From assembly GCA_963813715.1 (NCBI GenBank), contig CAWFAK010000017.1, positions 928,001 through 992,000 of the forward strand: a stretch of DNA of 64,000 bases. Reading direction: 5' to 3'. Positions 8,202-19,864 of this stretch are shown piece after piece (position 1 is the first letter of the stretch; the number at the start of each line of letters is the position of its first letter). The stretch comes from an uncultured Planctomycetaceae bacterium. GTDB lineage: Bacteria; Planctomycetota; Planctomycetia; Planctomycetales; Planctomycetaceae. Under the pieces are notes generated by a model. It was not told the DNA's origin. It worked only from the letters and a program-made list of their open reading frames with translations, and searched no databases. Both the position numbers and the translations under genes were made by a program.

Positions 8202-10250
8202 ATGAGATCTGGATGTGTCACACGAGGGTTGGTTGTCTGTGTTTGCTGCTGTCTGGTCGCTACGGCCGCGCTCAGCCGAGCGGGCGAAAATACCGCGAGT
8301 AGCGGCATCGATCGAACGACGTTCGACCAGTCCGTGAAGCCGGGCGACAACTTCTTCCTCTACGTCAACGGGAACTGGATCAAACACAATCCGATCCCGC
8401 CCGAGTACAGTCGCTGGGGTGCGTTCCCGAAACTGCGCGACGACAATCTGGCTTTCCTCCGCGAAATCCTGGAAGGCTTGGGGAAGAGCACACAGCCGCT
8501 CGACGCCGACGGTAAAAAGCTGCACGACCTTTACGCCACCGCGACGGACGAAGCCAAGCTCGAAGCGGCCGGGGCGAAGCCGTTGGCCGGCACGCTCGAA
8601 CGGATCGCGAAGATTTCCACGCCGCAGGAATTGGTCGCCGAGGCCGCGCGGCTGCATCTGGCCGGCACCCCTGCCCTGTTCCGCATGGGCGTGCGGCAGG
8701 ATGAGAAGCAGAGCAACGTCTACGCGGTGTACGTCTATCAAGGAGGGCTCGGGCTCCCCGAGCGAGACTATTATCTGGGAACGACCGGCGACTCGAAGCG
8801 GATCCGCGATGAATATCGCGGGCACGTCGCCAAGATGCTCGAACTGCTGGGTGATGCGCCGCAAGACGCCCAGAAAGGCGCCGACACGGTGCTACAGATC
8901 GAGACGAAGCTGGCTGAAGCGTCGCGTACGCCCGTGCAGCTCCGCGATCGTGAAAAGCAATACAACAAGCTTAATCGCGAAAAGCTGGCGGCTCTCACGC
9001 CGAAGGTCGACTGGGCCCTCTACTTCAACACGGCGGCCATCGGCGAACCGGCTGACGTGATCGTCGGACAGCCGGAATTCCTCACCCGGCTCAACGAAAT
9101 GGTGACTTCCGTGCCGGTGGCCGATTGGCGGACTTATCTCCGCTGGCACGTCGTCCACTCGATGGCCCCCTATTTGAGCTCGAAATTCGAGGACGAGGAT
9201 TTCCGCTTCGAGAGCGGCGTCCTTCGGGGCATCAAGCAGCAGCAACCTCGCTGGAAGCGGGCCGTGACCGCGGTCGACCAGTTGATGGGCGAGGCGCTCG
9301 GCCGTCTGTATGTCGAAAAGTACTTTAAGCCGGCGGCCAAGGAGCGGATGGATGAACTCGTGCGCAACCTGGTCGCCGCGTATCGCGAGCGGCTGCAGTC
9401 GCGCGACTGGATGGGGTCGGAGACGAAGAAACACGCACTCGAAAAGCTCGCCGCCATCACGCCGAAGATCGGTTACCCGGACAAATGGCGCGATTACTCG
9501 TCGCTGGAAATCCGTGACGATTCCTACGCCGAGAACGTGATGCGGGCCGAGGCGTTCGAGATTCAGTATCGCCTGTCGAAACTCGGCAAGCCGGTCGACC
9601 GAACGGAATGGGGCATGACGCCGCCGACCGTCAACGCGTACTACAACCCGTCTTTGAACGAGATTGTTTTCCCGGCCGGAATCCTCCAGCCGCCGTTTTT
9701 CAACGCCACGGCCGACGATGCCGTGAATTACGGCGGCATCGGCGCGGTGATCGGACACGAAATCACGCACGGCTTTGACGACCAGGGAAGCCGCTATGAC
9801 CAGGATGGGAATATGCGGAACTGGTGGACGTCGGAAGACCGGGCTCGCTTCAACGCCAAGACCGACAAACTCGTGAAACAGTACAACGACCAAGTGCCGC
9901 TGGAAAAGCTGCACGTCAACGGCCGGCTTACGCTGGGCGAGAATCTGGCGGACCTGGGCGGCGTGGCCATCGCGTACGCGGCCTATCAAAAATCGCTGCA
10001 CGGTCAGCCGGCGCCGGTGATTGACGGATTCACCGGGCCTCAGCGTTTCTTCATTGGCTTCGCGCAAGTTTGGCGCGGGACGTCTCGCGACGCCGAGCAG
10101 CGTCTGCGGCTGCGGACCGATCCGCACTCGCCGCCGCTCGTGCGTGCGACCGTGCCGGTCTCGAACATCCAGGCCTTCTACGACGCGTTCAATCTCAAAC
10201 CCGGCGACGCGATGTACCGCGAGCCGCAGGATCGCGTCGAGGTCTGGTGA
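8202..10250 (+). CDS. M13 family (neprilysin/PepO-like) metalloendopeptidase, secreted
   Basis: Signal peptide, VKPGDNFFLYVNG, VNAYY, zinc motif HEITH, GENLAD and DPHSP. Confidence 0.95.
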   Translation: MRSGCVTRGLVVCVCCCLVATAALSRAGENTASSGIDRTTFDQSVKPGDNFFLYVNGNWIKHNPIPPEYSRWGAFPKLRDDNLAFLREILEGLGKSTQPLDADGKKLHDLYATATDEAKLEAAGAKPLAGTLERIAKISTPQELVAEAARLHLAGTPALFRMGVRQDEKQSNVYAVYVYQGGLGLPERDYYLGTTGDSKRIRDEYRGHVAKMLELLGDAPQDAQKGADTVLQIETKLAEASRTPVQLRDREKQYNKLNREKLAALTPKVDWALYFNTAAIGEPADVIVGQPEFLTRLNEMVTSVPVADWRTYLRWHVVHSMAPYLSSKFEDEDFRFESGVLRGIKQQQPRWKRAVTAVDQLMGEALGRLYVEKYFKPAAKERMDELVRNLVAAYRERLQSRDWMGSETKKHALEKLAAITPKIGYPDKWRDYSSLEIRDDSYAENVMRAEAFEIQYRLSKLGKPVDRTEWGMTPPTVNAYYNPSLNEIVFPAGILQPPFFNATADDAVNYGGIGAVIGHEITHGFDDQGSRYDQDGNMRNWWTSEDRARFNAKTDKLVKQYNDQVPLEKLHVNGRLTLGENLADLGGVAIAYAAYQKSLHGQPAPVIDGFTGPQRFFIGFAQVWRGTSRDAEQRLRLRTDPHSPPLVRATVPVSNIQAFYDAFNLKPGDAMYREPQDRVEVW

Positions 10251-10289
10251 TCGCAGCTCGCGCGCTCGGTCAACGGTACGGGGTGCGCC

Positions 10290-10724
10290 TCAGCGACCGG
10301 GGCGGCGTGCTTGCGCATTGAACTCTGCCTCGGTCCGCCAGCGCTTCTCGCGAATCGTGGGCTCGCCCGACAAGATTTCGTCGAGCGTGGCCTGAAGTTG
10401 CCCGACTCGGCGCGACGTATCCTTCGTCCAGAGAAAGGGGAATCGACGGATTCGAGGGGCGTGCGGTTCGATGAAACACAAGAACGCATCCGCCTCTCCG
10501 TCGAGGTTGCCGCAACCGATCCAGAGTCGGAACCCGTGGTTCTTGATGGGGATCACCCACCCCCAGTCTTCCGCGATCGGTTCGCGCGGCTCGAATCCCT
10601 TGCTCGGTAGCTTGCGGACAAGAAACTCCGCGAGTCGCTTCCCGTAACGGCCCGGGTTGACGTCCTCCTCTTCGCCTTCATAGGGCGGGAAGTCGTGCGA
10701 GCGGAACTCGACGAGCGTCTTCAT
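10290..10724 (-). CDS. Hypothetical protein
   Basis: 144 aa with protein-like composition (MKTLVEFRSHDFPPYEGEEEDVNPGRYGKRLAEFL...EDWGWVI...LWIGCG); fills the gap between neighbouring genes. Confidence 0.7.
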   Translation of the reverse strand: MKTLVEFRSHDFPPYEGEEEDVNPGRYGKRLAEFLVRKLPSKGFEPREPIAEDWGWVIPIKNHGFRLWIGCGNLDGEADAFLCFIEPHAPRIRRFPFLWTKDTSRRVGQLQATLDEILSGEPTIREKRWRTEAEFNAQARRPGR

Positions 10725-10860
10725 TGCGGTTCGTTCAAAGTCAGACTTCGCGCGCTGTTGCGGGACTCTTACCATGACCCGCGTACCCATTCGCGCACAC
10801 CAGGCAGTCCGACCATACCTGCCCGGGGCGTGAACTTGTTTTCAGTCGAGGCTGCGCCAC

Positions 10861-11985
10861 TTGACGCCAAGCCCACGCGAGGCAACCGGCCACTCCCTGT
10901 TGACCGCAACGGCTTCGGTCATTTGCCTGCTGCTTGCTGCCACCTTGCGTCTTGCGCACACCGACCTGGCCGTCTGGACGACGTTCCTCGTCATGGCGCA
11001 ATACACCTATACCAGCTTTCAAAAAGGGTTCGAGCGCGTCGCGGGGCGGGGAGTCGGCATCCTGGCCGGGCTCGTGCTGACTACGTGGTTTAATGACGTC
11101 CCCCTGGTCGCGTTTTTATTAATCGGCGTCTTGCTGACCGCGTGTTTTTATATCTACTTCTCCGGACGACTGGCGTACACGGCCCTGCAAGCCGGACTGT
11201 ATCTCGTGGCCGTTTTCCAAATCGGTCGGTTTTCGCCCGAGACGGTCGAGTGGGAGTCGCGCGAGCTGTTTGCGGCCATTCTCGTGGGAGTGTTCGTCGC
11301 CAACATCGTCAACTGGCTGGCCGGTTTCGAGGGTGATGTCAGCATCAATCTCGGGGATGCGCCACTCTTTCCGGTCCGCACCGATTGGCTCAATCAGAGC
11401 CTGATGCTCGCGGTCACGGTGCTGATCACGCTCGTGGTCGCTCATCTTGTCGATCTGCCTCCGACGACGGCTGCCATCTCGGTCCTGGTGCTCACCATCT
11501 CGCCGCACCTCCAAGCGTTGATTCAAAAGGGGGAGCTGCGAATCGCGGGGCTCGTGCTGGCCACTCTGTGGAGTGCGGCGAGTTTTGTGTTGGTGGGTCT
11601 GCTTCCTCATTTTCCGCTCTTGGCGACATTCGTTTTTCTCGGACAGTTTGTGGCGACGTACCTGACGCTGCGGGGAGGAACCTATTCTTACGCGGGACTC
11701 CAGATGGGCCTGGTGCTGCCGATGATCGCGGTGGCCGCACCGGACGATTTCGGTAGCCTGCTTCCCGCACTGCAACGTCTCGAGGGAATACTCCTGGGCC
11801 TGGGCGCTTCTGTGATTATGGCGGGGCTGTGGCCGCGGTTTCCTTTGGCGGCCGCTCCGCCTGTACCGCCGCCCGTCCCGGTCCGCGCCCGTCGCCATGC
11901 CAGGCGAGATGGATGTCTAATCGCCTCGGGCTCCCGCTTTTTGCGTCAGTCAATGTGCAGCGTCGATGAGCAGCGTCACAAGTAA
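10861..11985 (+). CDS. FUSC / aromatic acid exporter family inner-membrane protein
   Basis: Two repeated hydrophobic halves (SFQKGFERVAG / LIQKGELRIAG) and YAGLQMG. The C-terminus may be frameshifted; an alternative stop MPGEMDV* lies at 11920. Confidence 0.75.
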   Translation: MTPSPREATGHSLLTATASVICLLLAATLRLAHTDLAVWTTFLVMAQYTYTSFQKGFERVAGRGVGILAGLVLTTWFNDVPLVAFLLIGVLLTACFYIYFSGRLAYTALQAGLYLVAVFQIGRFSPETVEWESRELFAAILVGVFVANIVNWLAGFEGDVSINLGDAPLFPVRTDWLNQSLMLAVTVLITLVVAHLVDLPPTTAAISVLVLTISPHLQALIQKGELRIAGLVLATLWSAASFVLVGLLPHFPLLATFVFLGQFVATYLTLRGGTYSYAGLQMGLVLPMIAVAAPDDFGSLLPALQRLEGILLGLGASVIMAGLWPRFPLAAAPPVPPPVPVRARRHARRDGCLIASGSRFLRQSMCSVDEQRHK

Positions 11986-13169
11986 TACAGCCAGGCGATC
12001 ACTCGGTGCCACAAACGCGTCACTTTCGTGACCGTTCCCTGCGGCTCGGTGTAAACGGCGACGCTGCCTGTCATGCCGACCCGCAACGGGACCGCGTCGG
12101 GCTCGTCCAGGCTCAAGCGGACTTGAAAGCGCTGGGCCGGCGGCACCCAGTTGGTCGGCGTCTTGACATCCGGAAGCTGGCCGGAAGGGACGCCCTGCCC
12201 CTGGCTGACGCCCCAGCCGACTGAAGATACCGTGGCCGGAAAGAGCTGACCCGGCAGGCCGCGAAACGCAATCAACGCCGACTGTCCCTCGCGCATACGA
12301 GCAAGCGAGTTCTCGCGGAAATTGGCGACGACGAGCCAACGGGCCGTGTCAATGAGAGTCAGCGCGGCCTGACCGGTGTGCACGTAGGCCCCCTCGCGGA
12401 GCTGCAAATCGGTGATCAGGCCGTCGCACGGGGCGGGCACACGCGTGTAGGCCAGTTTGAGCCGCGCCTCCGCGAGATCAGCCTTGGCCTGCGCGACGAG
12501 AGTATTCTCCCCCGAAACTCGCGCGTTGAGCGCATCCTCGATGCGGCGAACGTTGTTCTCGGACTGGCGGACGGCCGCCTGACTGGCCTTGTTTTTTTGC
12601 ACGGCCTCGAGGTAGCGCCGTTCGGTGGTCGACTCGGTCTTGTAAATCGCCTGTTCCTGCCGGTAGACGACGGCCGCGTATTCGGCCTCCGCCGCAAGTT
12701 TCTCATGGTCGGCCTTGGCGGCGGCAAGTTCCGCGTCGAGCTGCTGCACCTGGTGCTGGGCTTCGACCACTTTGGCCTCCAGCGACGCGACCCTTTGCTC
12801 GAAGAGCGACGGGTCCAGCTCGAACAAGAGGTCGCCCGATTTGACGCGGCTCCCCTCGTGAACGTGCACCCGCACGACTTTCTCGGCCACCTGCGGCGCG
12901 ATTTGTACGACGTAGGCCTGCACGTAGGCCTCCGTCGTAAAGGGCGAGTAAATGTCGGCCAGGGCATAATAGATGACCAGCAGCACCAGCACGCCGACAA
13001 CGAGGAGCACCCAAAAGCGGACCGACCCCGCTAGCCGGCGGACCCTTCGCCCCAGTCCGCCGAGGAATCGGAGGGGAAGCCGCGCAGTCCAGGCCGCGGC
13101 ATGCGCAGCCGAACGGAAAAAATCCGAATCGCGGGCCTGTGCGGGCATCGAGACTTCCGGGGACGTCAA
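11976..13169 (-). CDS. HlyD family membrane fusion protein
   Basis: TM anchor, PFTTEAYVQAYVVQIAPQV, lipoyl-like VKSGDLLFELD, coiled coil, APCDGLI and WVPPAQRFQVR. Confidence 0.92.
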   Translation of the reverse strand: MTSPEVSMPAQARDSDFFRSAAHAAAWTARLPLRFLGGLGRRVRRLAGSVRFWVLLVVGVLVLLVIYYALADIYSPFTTEAYVQAYVVQIAPQVAEKVVRVHVHEGSRVKSGDLLFELDPSLFEQRVASLEAKVVEAQHQVQQLDAELAAAKADHEKLAAEAEYAAVVYRQEQAIYKTESTTERRYLEAVQKNKASQAAVRQSENNVRRIEDALNARVSGENTLVAQAKADLAEARLKLAYTRVPAPCDGLITDLQLREGAYVHTGQAALTLIDTARWLVVANFRENSLARMREGQSALIAFRGLPGQLFPATVSSVGWGVSQGQGVPSGQLPDVKTPTNWVPPAQRFQVRLSLDEPDAVPLRVGMTGSVAVYTEPQGTVTKVTRLWHRVIAWLYYL

Positions 13170-13204
13170 CAGCCAACTCGGGGCGAGTCGCTTTCCACGT
13201 GAGC

Positions 13205-14879
13205 CTAATGCTTTTGCTCGGGCTGCGGAAGCGGAGGCGCTGGGAGGACTTCGTCGACCGGTTGTGGGTTCTTGCCGTCCGGCGACGCGGAGGAACCAAG
13301 CAGCGAGGCCGCGGGATTTTCAAGCGAGTAGTCCAGCGCAACCAGCGCGCCGAGGTATTCATAGTTCGCGGAGACGAGCCGCTGCTGGGCCCGCGTGAGG
13401 GCGACTTCGGCGTCGACAATGTCGGTGGGGGTTGCCTGGCCGTTGCGATAGCGGTTCCGCACCAGGCGCAGGTTCTCGACCGCCTCGACGACGGCAGGCC
13501 GATCCCGCTCGATGCGGCGATGGGCGGTCGTCGCCGCGATGTAGGCAACCGTCACCTGAAGTGTCACTTCATCAAGGATTGTCCGCGCATCGGCGAGCGA
13601 CTGTTGAATCTCGGCGTCCGCCGCGCACAGTGATCCCTCGCGCCGGCCCGCCGTGTAGAGCGGCATATCGATGTGCAGGCCGATTCCTTCTTGCGCCGGT
13701 GGCGATGTTCGAGCCGCCGACCACGCCGACGCTGCCGCGGGTGTAGACTTTGGGCAAAAAATCTCCCGCGACCGATTCCCGGCCGAACTGGGCCGCTGCC
13801 ACCGCCTCACGGGCGATGGAAATCTCAGCACGTTGAGACGCGGCGACTTCGAGACACTGCACCAGCGAGAGGTTGAACGCGGGCTCGGAGTTCCAGGCAA
13901 CGAGCGATACCGGGAGGCTCGCATTGCGACCCATGGCATTGTTCAGCCTGGCGACGGCCGTCAGTTCGGCCTCTTGGGCCAAGTCTACGTCCTCTTCCGC
14001 GGCCGCCAGCTGCACTTCGGCCCGCAGCACGTCGTCCTTCTCGAGCACGCCGGCGGCGCGACGCGAACGGGTATCGCGGAGAGTGGCCTGCGCACGGCGA
14101 ATGGCTTCTTCCTGAATCCGGCGGATCGCGCCGGCCCGCAGCGCGAGCAGGTAGGCCGAGGCGACGTCAAATCCGACCGTCTGACGGGCCCGCGTCGACT
14201 GCAGTTCGGCAATCTGCTCGCGCGCCTGGGCCTGGTGGTACTGTCCTCCCGTGTGTCCGAAATCGTAGATCGTCCACGACAATTGCAACTCGGCCTGTGC
14301 GTAGTCGTGCGTTGCCGTGGCGGTGGGCAGAATGATTCCCGTAACGCCCGCCGAGGCCGGGCCCAGAGTGGGTGACGTCACTCCTTCGTGCGTCAGGAAG
14401 TCGACCTGCGGCAAGAAGGCCGAAAACGCAACCTCCGACTGTCCCGCGGGCCCGCTCGATCGCCGCCAGGGCGGCCACCAGCCGCGGATTGTTCCGGATC
14501 GCCAAAGTCGATGGCGTCAGGAAAGAGAAAACGTTTGCGTCGCTGCGTCGCTCGCGGACGCGTCGAAGGACGCCACAACCGGCGTCGTCGCGGGGACCCG
14601 CGTCAGGAACGATGCCGGCACGACCTTCTTCTGCGGCGCGACAGAGTCGTCCGTCGACGCGAGGGCGTTCGCATCGCCCGTTTTGACCTCAGCCGTGTCG
14701 AGCGTGACGGGGGCGACAATCCGGTCGCGCGCACCGTCGGGCGTCACTTCGCGGGGCAGTGAAAGCGCGGATTGCCAGGGACCCGTCCAGGAACATCCCG
14801 CGACGAAGCAGATCGCGGCGATCGGACCGGCCCGGCGAAGCGAAGTCGATGCGCGGACCCTTTTCGACCTTGAACGCAT
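13205..14879 (-). CDS. TolC family outer-membrane efflux lipoprotein (about 3 frameshifts)
   Basis: Pieces in different frames: lipobox FVAGC; AIRNNPRLVAA; LSWTIYDFG..DVLRAEVQL; GIGLHIDMPLYTAG..RYRNGQATPTDIVDAE. Breaks near 14518, 14440 and 13680. Confidence 0.85.
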
Positions 14880-15018
14880 CAGCCCGCTCCGGCTGCCAAG
14901 CGGACCTTTCAGGATTCCGGAATCGACCGGCCGTTTGACCCACTTGCCCGCTCCAACCAGAACAGCGCCGTGAGAATTATCGGCAAACTCAACCTAGTCG
15001 CTTGAGTCAAAATTACAA

Positions 15019-18000
15019 TCAGTGGCGTTTCGCGGCTGGTAATTCGTCCAGAAAGGCGCCGATTTCGCCGATTGCCGCGTCGCGATTCTGATCTTCGGTT
15101 ACGCCGGATTTCTTCCGCGGCTTGAAGCTGTGATCGCCGTCCGTGAGCCAGTGGATGCGGATGCCGGCAGGCAGACTGTAGGCGGCAACTTCCTCGCGGG
15201 AACCGAACGAATCGCGTTCTCCCTGCACGATCAACGTCGGCGTTTTGATTGTCAGCAGGTGTTTGACGCGAAGTTGATCGGGCTTCCCGACCGGATGAAA
15301 CGGATAGCCGAGACACACGAGTCCTGCGACGTTGGCTTCGTCCGCAATCAAACTGGCGATCCGGCCCCCCATCGACTTGCCGCCAACGATCAAACGTTCG
15401 CGGCCGAGACGTTCCACTACTTGGAGCCAGGTTTCGCGGAGGATCGGTTCCCGGTCTGGCGGTCCGCCCCGCCCCTGACGGCGACGGGCAGCCATGTAGG
15501 GAAACTCGAAGCGTGCGACCCGCAAGCCCCGCTCAGCCAAACCCCCGGCGATCACGTTCATGAACGGGCTGTCCATCGGTGCGCCCGCGCCATGGGCCAG
15601 CGCGATCGTCCATGCAGCCTTCTTCGGGCCTTCTATGATCAGCTCAGGCGGTGATTGCACGGTTGCCTCGTTTATCGAGCCGCCTGCGGTCGGCGCGTTC
15701 GCGCCCGACGTCACGCGATCGACCAGTACGACCAAATCCTGCTCGAATTTCGGCAGCTCGATCTGAACCGGTCTCTCGCCCCCACGGACTGTGACTTGCG
15801 ATAAGACTTCCCCCGCTGCCGGCGAGTAAAAGCGGGCTCGATAATCTCCGGCAGGCAGGCGCACGAGCAAATTTCCCTGAATGGGCTGCCCGGCCGTCGG
15901 ATCGGCGACCTCGCGATCGTCGGCCAGATAGGCGATATAGCCGCCGTCGGCAAGCGCCAGTGCCGTGTCGACAAGGTGTTGGGGCTTTTGTACGACCCAC
16001 TCCCGCGCCAATCGCGCACGGACAAAGTCGACCTTCTGCGCAAATCGCAGAGATGTTTCATCCAGGTGCGGATCATTCGCCTTGAGTCGGACGTGCCCGT
16101 CTCCACGCCGGAGTTGATCGAGAAATCGATGTAGTCGTAATGGCATTGCGAAAGCACCGCCATCCAAGCCCGCTTGCGATGGATTGTCCAGCCGACCGGA
16201 TCACGATACATCGACGCGGCATTGTCCTCGTCGGAAACGCAGGGCTTGTTGAAGGCGTGAGTCGCGTGGCAGAAGTCGCGAAAATCCCGGAGTGCGAGCT
16301 GCTTCGACATGAAATTACCGAGCATGTACTCGCGGCGGGCGAGAACCATTCCGGGCAGCGGATGGACATTGACAGCGTCGAACTCGCTTTGCGTGAATGA
16401 GGCATCCAATTCCTGGCGAAAGGCCGGCTTGTAACTGAAGGCTTGCGAGCCAAACACCAGATGCGGACGTCCGAGCCGCTCCAGCTCGCTTCGCACGAAG
16501 CCGTGATGCGGGCTTGCCACGCGTCGACGTCCGCGACGCTGGCATGCGGACTCGCGTTGCCGCCCGGCTCGTTGCAGATTTCGTAGTAGACGTTGTCGTA
16601 GCCGCTGGTTTCTTGCAGGATTTTGCGAACATACGTCAACTGGCGCTCGAGGAGCGGCGCGTTGTGCAGCGTGTTGTACTCGTACCAGGGGATCTTGCCG
16701 ACTTCCTGCCGATTGTTCTCGGCCCGCAGCGGATTGAGGGCCCAGACGCGCGTCGCCGTAAGAATTGCTGAAGAGCGTCAGCTCGACGACGATTCCGAGT
16801 TCGGAGGCCCGCGAGAGAAACCGGTGCAGCCGTTCGAAGTATTCGGGATTCCAGCGATCGAGGTCGAATCGCGGCAATCCGTCGAGGGCATGTTGCGGTC
16901 CGGTGCGGGGCCAGGGGCTGACATAATCCGCCGCGGCGGGCTTGCAGGGAGAGGCGGGATTACTCGGCGAGGCGATTTCTCGGTAAAGCAAGAAAGTTCG
17001 GCTGACGGTCTGGTGCTTATCGGCGGCTTCGGCCAGATAACGCTCGAAATCGAAAGCCCGATTGAGCACCGATCCGTAGTGCTCGGTCGCGGCAATCAAC
17101 GTCAGCGGCCGTCCCCGAAAGAGAAAGTAGCGCGGATTCTCCGGATGGAGCGAAACGGCCGGCCGGGCTCCTTTGGTCGACTCAAGGACAGCGACCCAAT
17201 CGCCGTCAGATGTTTCCGGCTGACAAACCAGGTCGCCGTGCGAATCGGCGCGAACGATCTGCGCGGGTTTGAGTTCGCCGGTGCGGGTGACGAAATGTCG
17301 CACGGAGTAATTGGCGTTCGGGGTCAGGTTGTGCAGCACGATCGGTTCGACACTGGGCACGTAAATCACGCGCACTTTGTCGGCGATTCCGGCCGCGTAG
17401 GGAACCTCGAACTCGCCGTGCTTTGAGATGGTGCGCTGCCAGGTCGCCCATTCGGCATGCGGCTCGAACTTCCACCAATCGAATTTCTCGAGCAGCCGCT
17501 TCGCAATACCCACCTGCTGCGACCCGGCTAGCTGCATCGCGTCGTCCCAGGGCCGATTGCCCCAGTTTCCGCCGTGTGGCGATTTGCCGTACGGCTGTCC
17601 GAGGCGATTGACCTGCCAGATGCCGTTGGCTCCGTAAGTATGGCCGGCCGTCCCCGACAGGTAAGAGGCCCAGACCATGAACCGCTGCACGTCTTCGAAG
17701 CAAGTGTTCAGGATTCCTTCATAGGTGACTTCGCCGAGAACCACGGGCAGCGTGGGCGAGGCACTTCGCGAGGTGCGAATCAGTTGGATCGTGTTGGGGA
17801 TGCTGCGACGATCGCTGTGGCCCGTTTGCAGCATGTCGAAATCGAGTACGGACGGATCGGTGAACGAGTACCGCGCACTTCTTGGCGGATGCCCGGTTAC
17901 CAGCCGATGAAACGGGTCGACTTGCCGCAACGCGCGGGCGACTTCGGTCCAGCCCTCGCGCTGGAATTCTGAATCCTTGTCCTTGGTCTTCGATAAGTAG

Positions 18001-18866
18001 AACGGCATGGTGATTTCGCCGGCGACGCACCAGACGACGGGCAGTGCGCCGTAACGGGCGACCAGGTAACGCCAATGCTGCTTCATCCGCTCGACGCCGA
18101 GCCAGGGCAAGTGGTAGCCCCAAGCGCCGACGATGCAAGGCATCAGCCCTGAGTCAACGAGCGACACGATACGACGGTCGGCCGCGTCGAAGTATTCTGG
18201 ACGGATCGTGTGGTAGTCGGCGGTCCACGGAAAGCCCGCTTCGTTCGCCCCACGGGGGTCGAAGGCCGGCATATCGGGATACAAGCCGGCGACGATCTGG
18301 ACGACGTTGAACCCCTTCTGCACGCGGTCGCGAGCCAGCGTCTGAAATTCGTCCGGAAAATGCAGCCGATGACACAGCCCCATCCACCAGGTGTCGCCCA
18401 GCCACAAAAACGGAGTGCCGTCGGCGTACTGGAAGTGACGATGGTCAGACATCACGCGCAGCGGCCCGTGGCGATAGAGCGGATTGTTGCCCTGATAGGG
18501 AACGACCTCGACCGTGCCCGTCTTGCCTTCGAGGCTGCCGTTCGTTTTGTCCGAGCACTCGGTTTTGTAGTGGTGGGTGCCGGGCAGCGCCGATGCGTAC
18601 CGGACGCGCCAGGTCTTTCCGCCGTCCCAAAAGCCCGGCACACGCAGCTTGTGGCCGGCGGGTTCTTCGAACACCACGTCGAACTGAGCTTGATTGAAGG
18701 GATCCGAGTAATCCTTTGCCGACTCGAATGTCAGCTCGACCATCACGTTTGCCGGCGTCGACTTTTCAGCCGCCGCGAGCCAACCGGCCCACATGACGAG
18801 CGATGCGGCGATGACGGAGTGGCGACACCGATTGCGGCAAAGTGATCGAAACGTGCGAGAGCTCAT
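15019..18866 (-). CDS. Secreted multidomain enzyme: DUF5060/DUF4038 apiosidase-like hydrolase + second GH-A-like barrel + alpha/beta hydrolase (frameshifted)
   Basis: Signal peptide; PGFWDGGKTWRVRY; DGTPFLWLGDTWW; GHTYGANGIW; second domain LHPENPRYFLFRG..EICNEP; C-terminal HGAGA, GGKSMGG, QGERD and DGDHSF. Shifts near 16745, 16505 and 16040. Confidence 0.75.
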
Positions 18867-19051
18867 GGCAGGTCGCCTGGCGGGTCGTGTTGGGAAGAAT
18901 GGCAGCAGCGAGCGTGGATCGTCCCTCATTCTCATAAGCGATTGGGCTGCGCTTTTCCAATGTGCGCGGCTTGCTGGCGTGCGCGAGGCATCGTGCCAAT
19001 AATCAACGAATTGCCCGATCGACCTTAAGCGCCACGGTCAAAGGGACGCCC

Positions 19052-19864
19052 ATGAGCCGCCGCCTGGAAGGACAAACTGCCTGGATCAGCGGAGGGGCGT
19101 CCGGCATCGGCGAGGCGACAGCGCGACTGTTTGCCGCGGAGGGAGCCAGCGTCTTAATCGCCGACGTGCAGGCGGACCGCGGGCGGGCGTTGGAAGCTTC
19201 TCTTCGTGCGACAGGCGGCGCCGCCCTCTACGACGAATGCGACGTCACTCGCGAGGAGGCCATCCGCGCCAGCCTGGAACGAGCGGCCAAAACGTTTGGT
19301 GGGTTGCAGATTCTGGTGAGCTGCGCGGGCATCGTCCACGTCAAGCCGCTGCATGAGTACAGCGTGGATGAGTGGGACCGCCTGATGGCAGTCAACCTGC
19401 GGAGCATCTTCTTCGCCATCAAGCACGGGATCGGCCACTTGCGTCGCAACCCGCGCAGTTACATGGTGAATATCGGGTCGATCAGCAGCTACGTCGGGCA
19501 GGCGGGAACGCCGGCTTACACCGCGTCGAAGGGGGCCGTCCTCCTGTTGAGCCAATCGATCGCTCTCGACTACGCGGCCGACGGTTTGCGTTGCAACTGC
19601 GTCTGCCCGGGCATCACGGATACGCCCATGCTGCGACACCACTTGCACGCCGCGGCCGATCCGGCGGGAACGCTGGCGACGCGGCTGCACCGTGTGCCGC
19701 TCGGCCGCGCCCTGACACCAGACGACGTCGCCCGGACCGTGCTCTACTTGTCCTGTGAGGATTCCGCTGGCGTGACGGGCACCTCGGTCGTCGTGGACGG
19801 CGGCTACCTGGCCGCGGCGGAATGGGACACTCCGCGGATCACACTTCCGGACGACTTGTCATGA
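19052..19864 (+). CDS. SDR family NAD(P)-dependent oxidoreductase
   Basis: SGGASGIG, YTASK (YxxxK), NCVCPG and VTGTSVVVDGG. Confidence 0.93.
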   Translation: MSRRLEGQTAWISGGASGIGEATARLFAAEGASVLIADVQADRGRALEASLRATGGAALYDECDVTREEAIRASLERAAKTFGGLQILVSCAGIVHVKPLHEYSVDEWDRLMAVNLRSIFFAIKHGIGHLRRNPRSYMVNIGSISSYVGQAGTPAYTASKGAVLLLSQSIALDYAADGLRCNCVCPGITDTPMLRHHLHAAADPAGTLATRLHRVPLGRALTPDDVARTVLYLSCEDSAGVTGTSVVVDGGYLAAAEWDTPRITLPDDLS

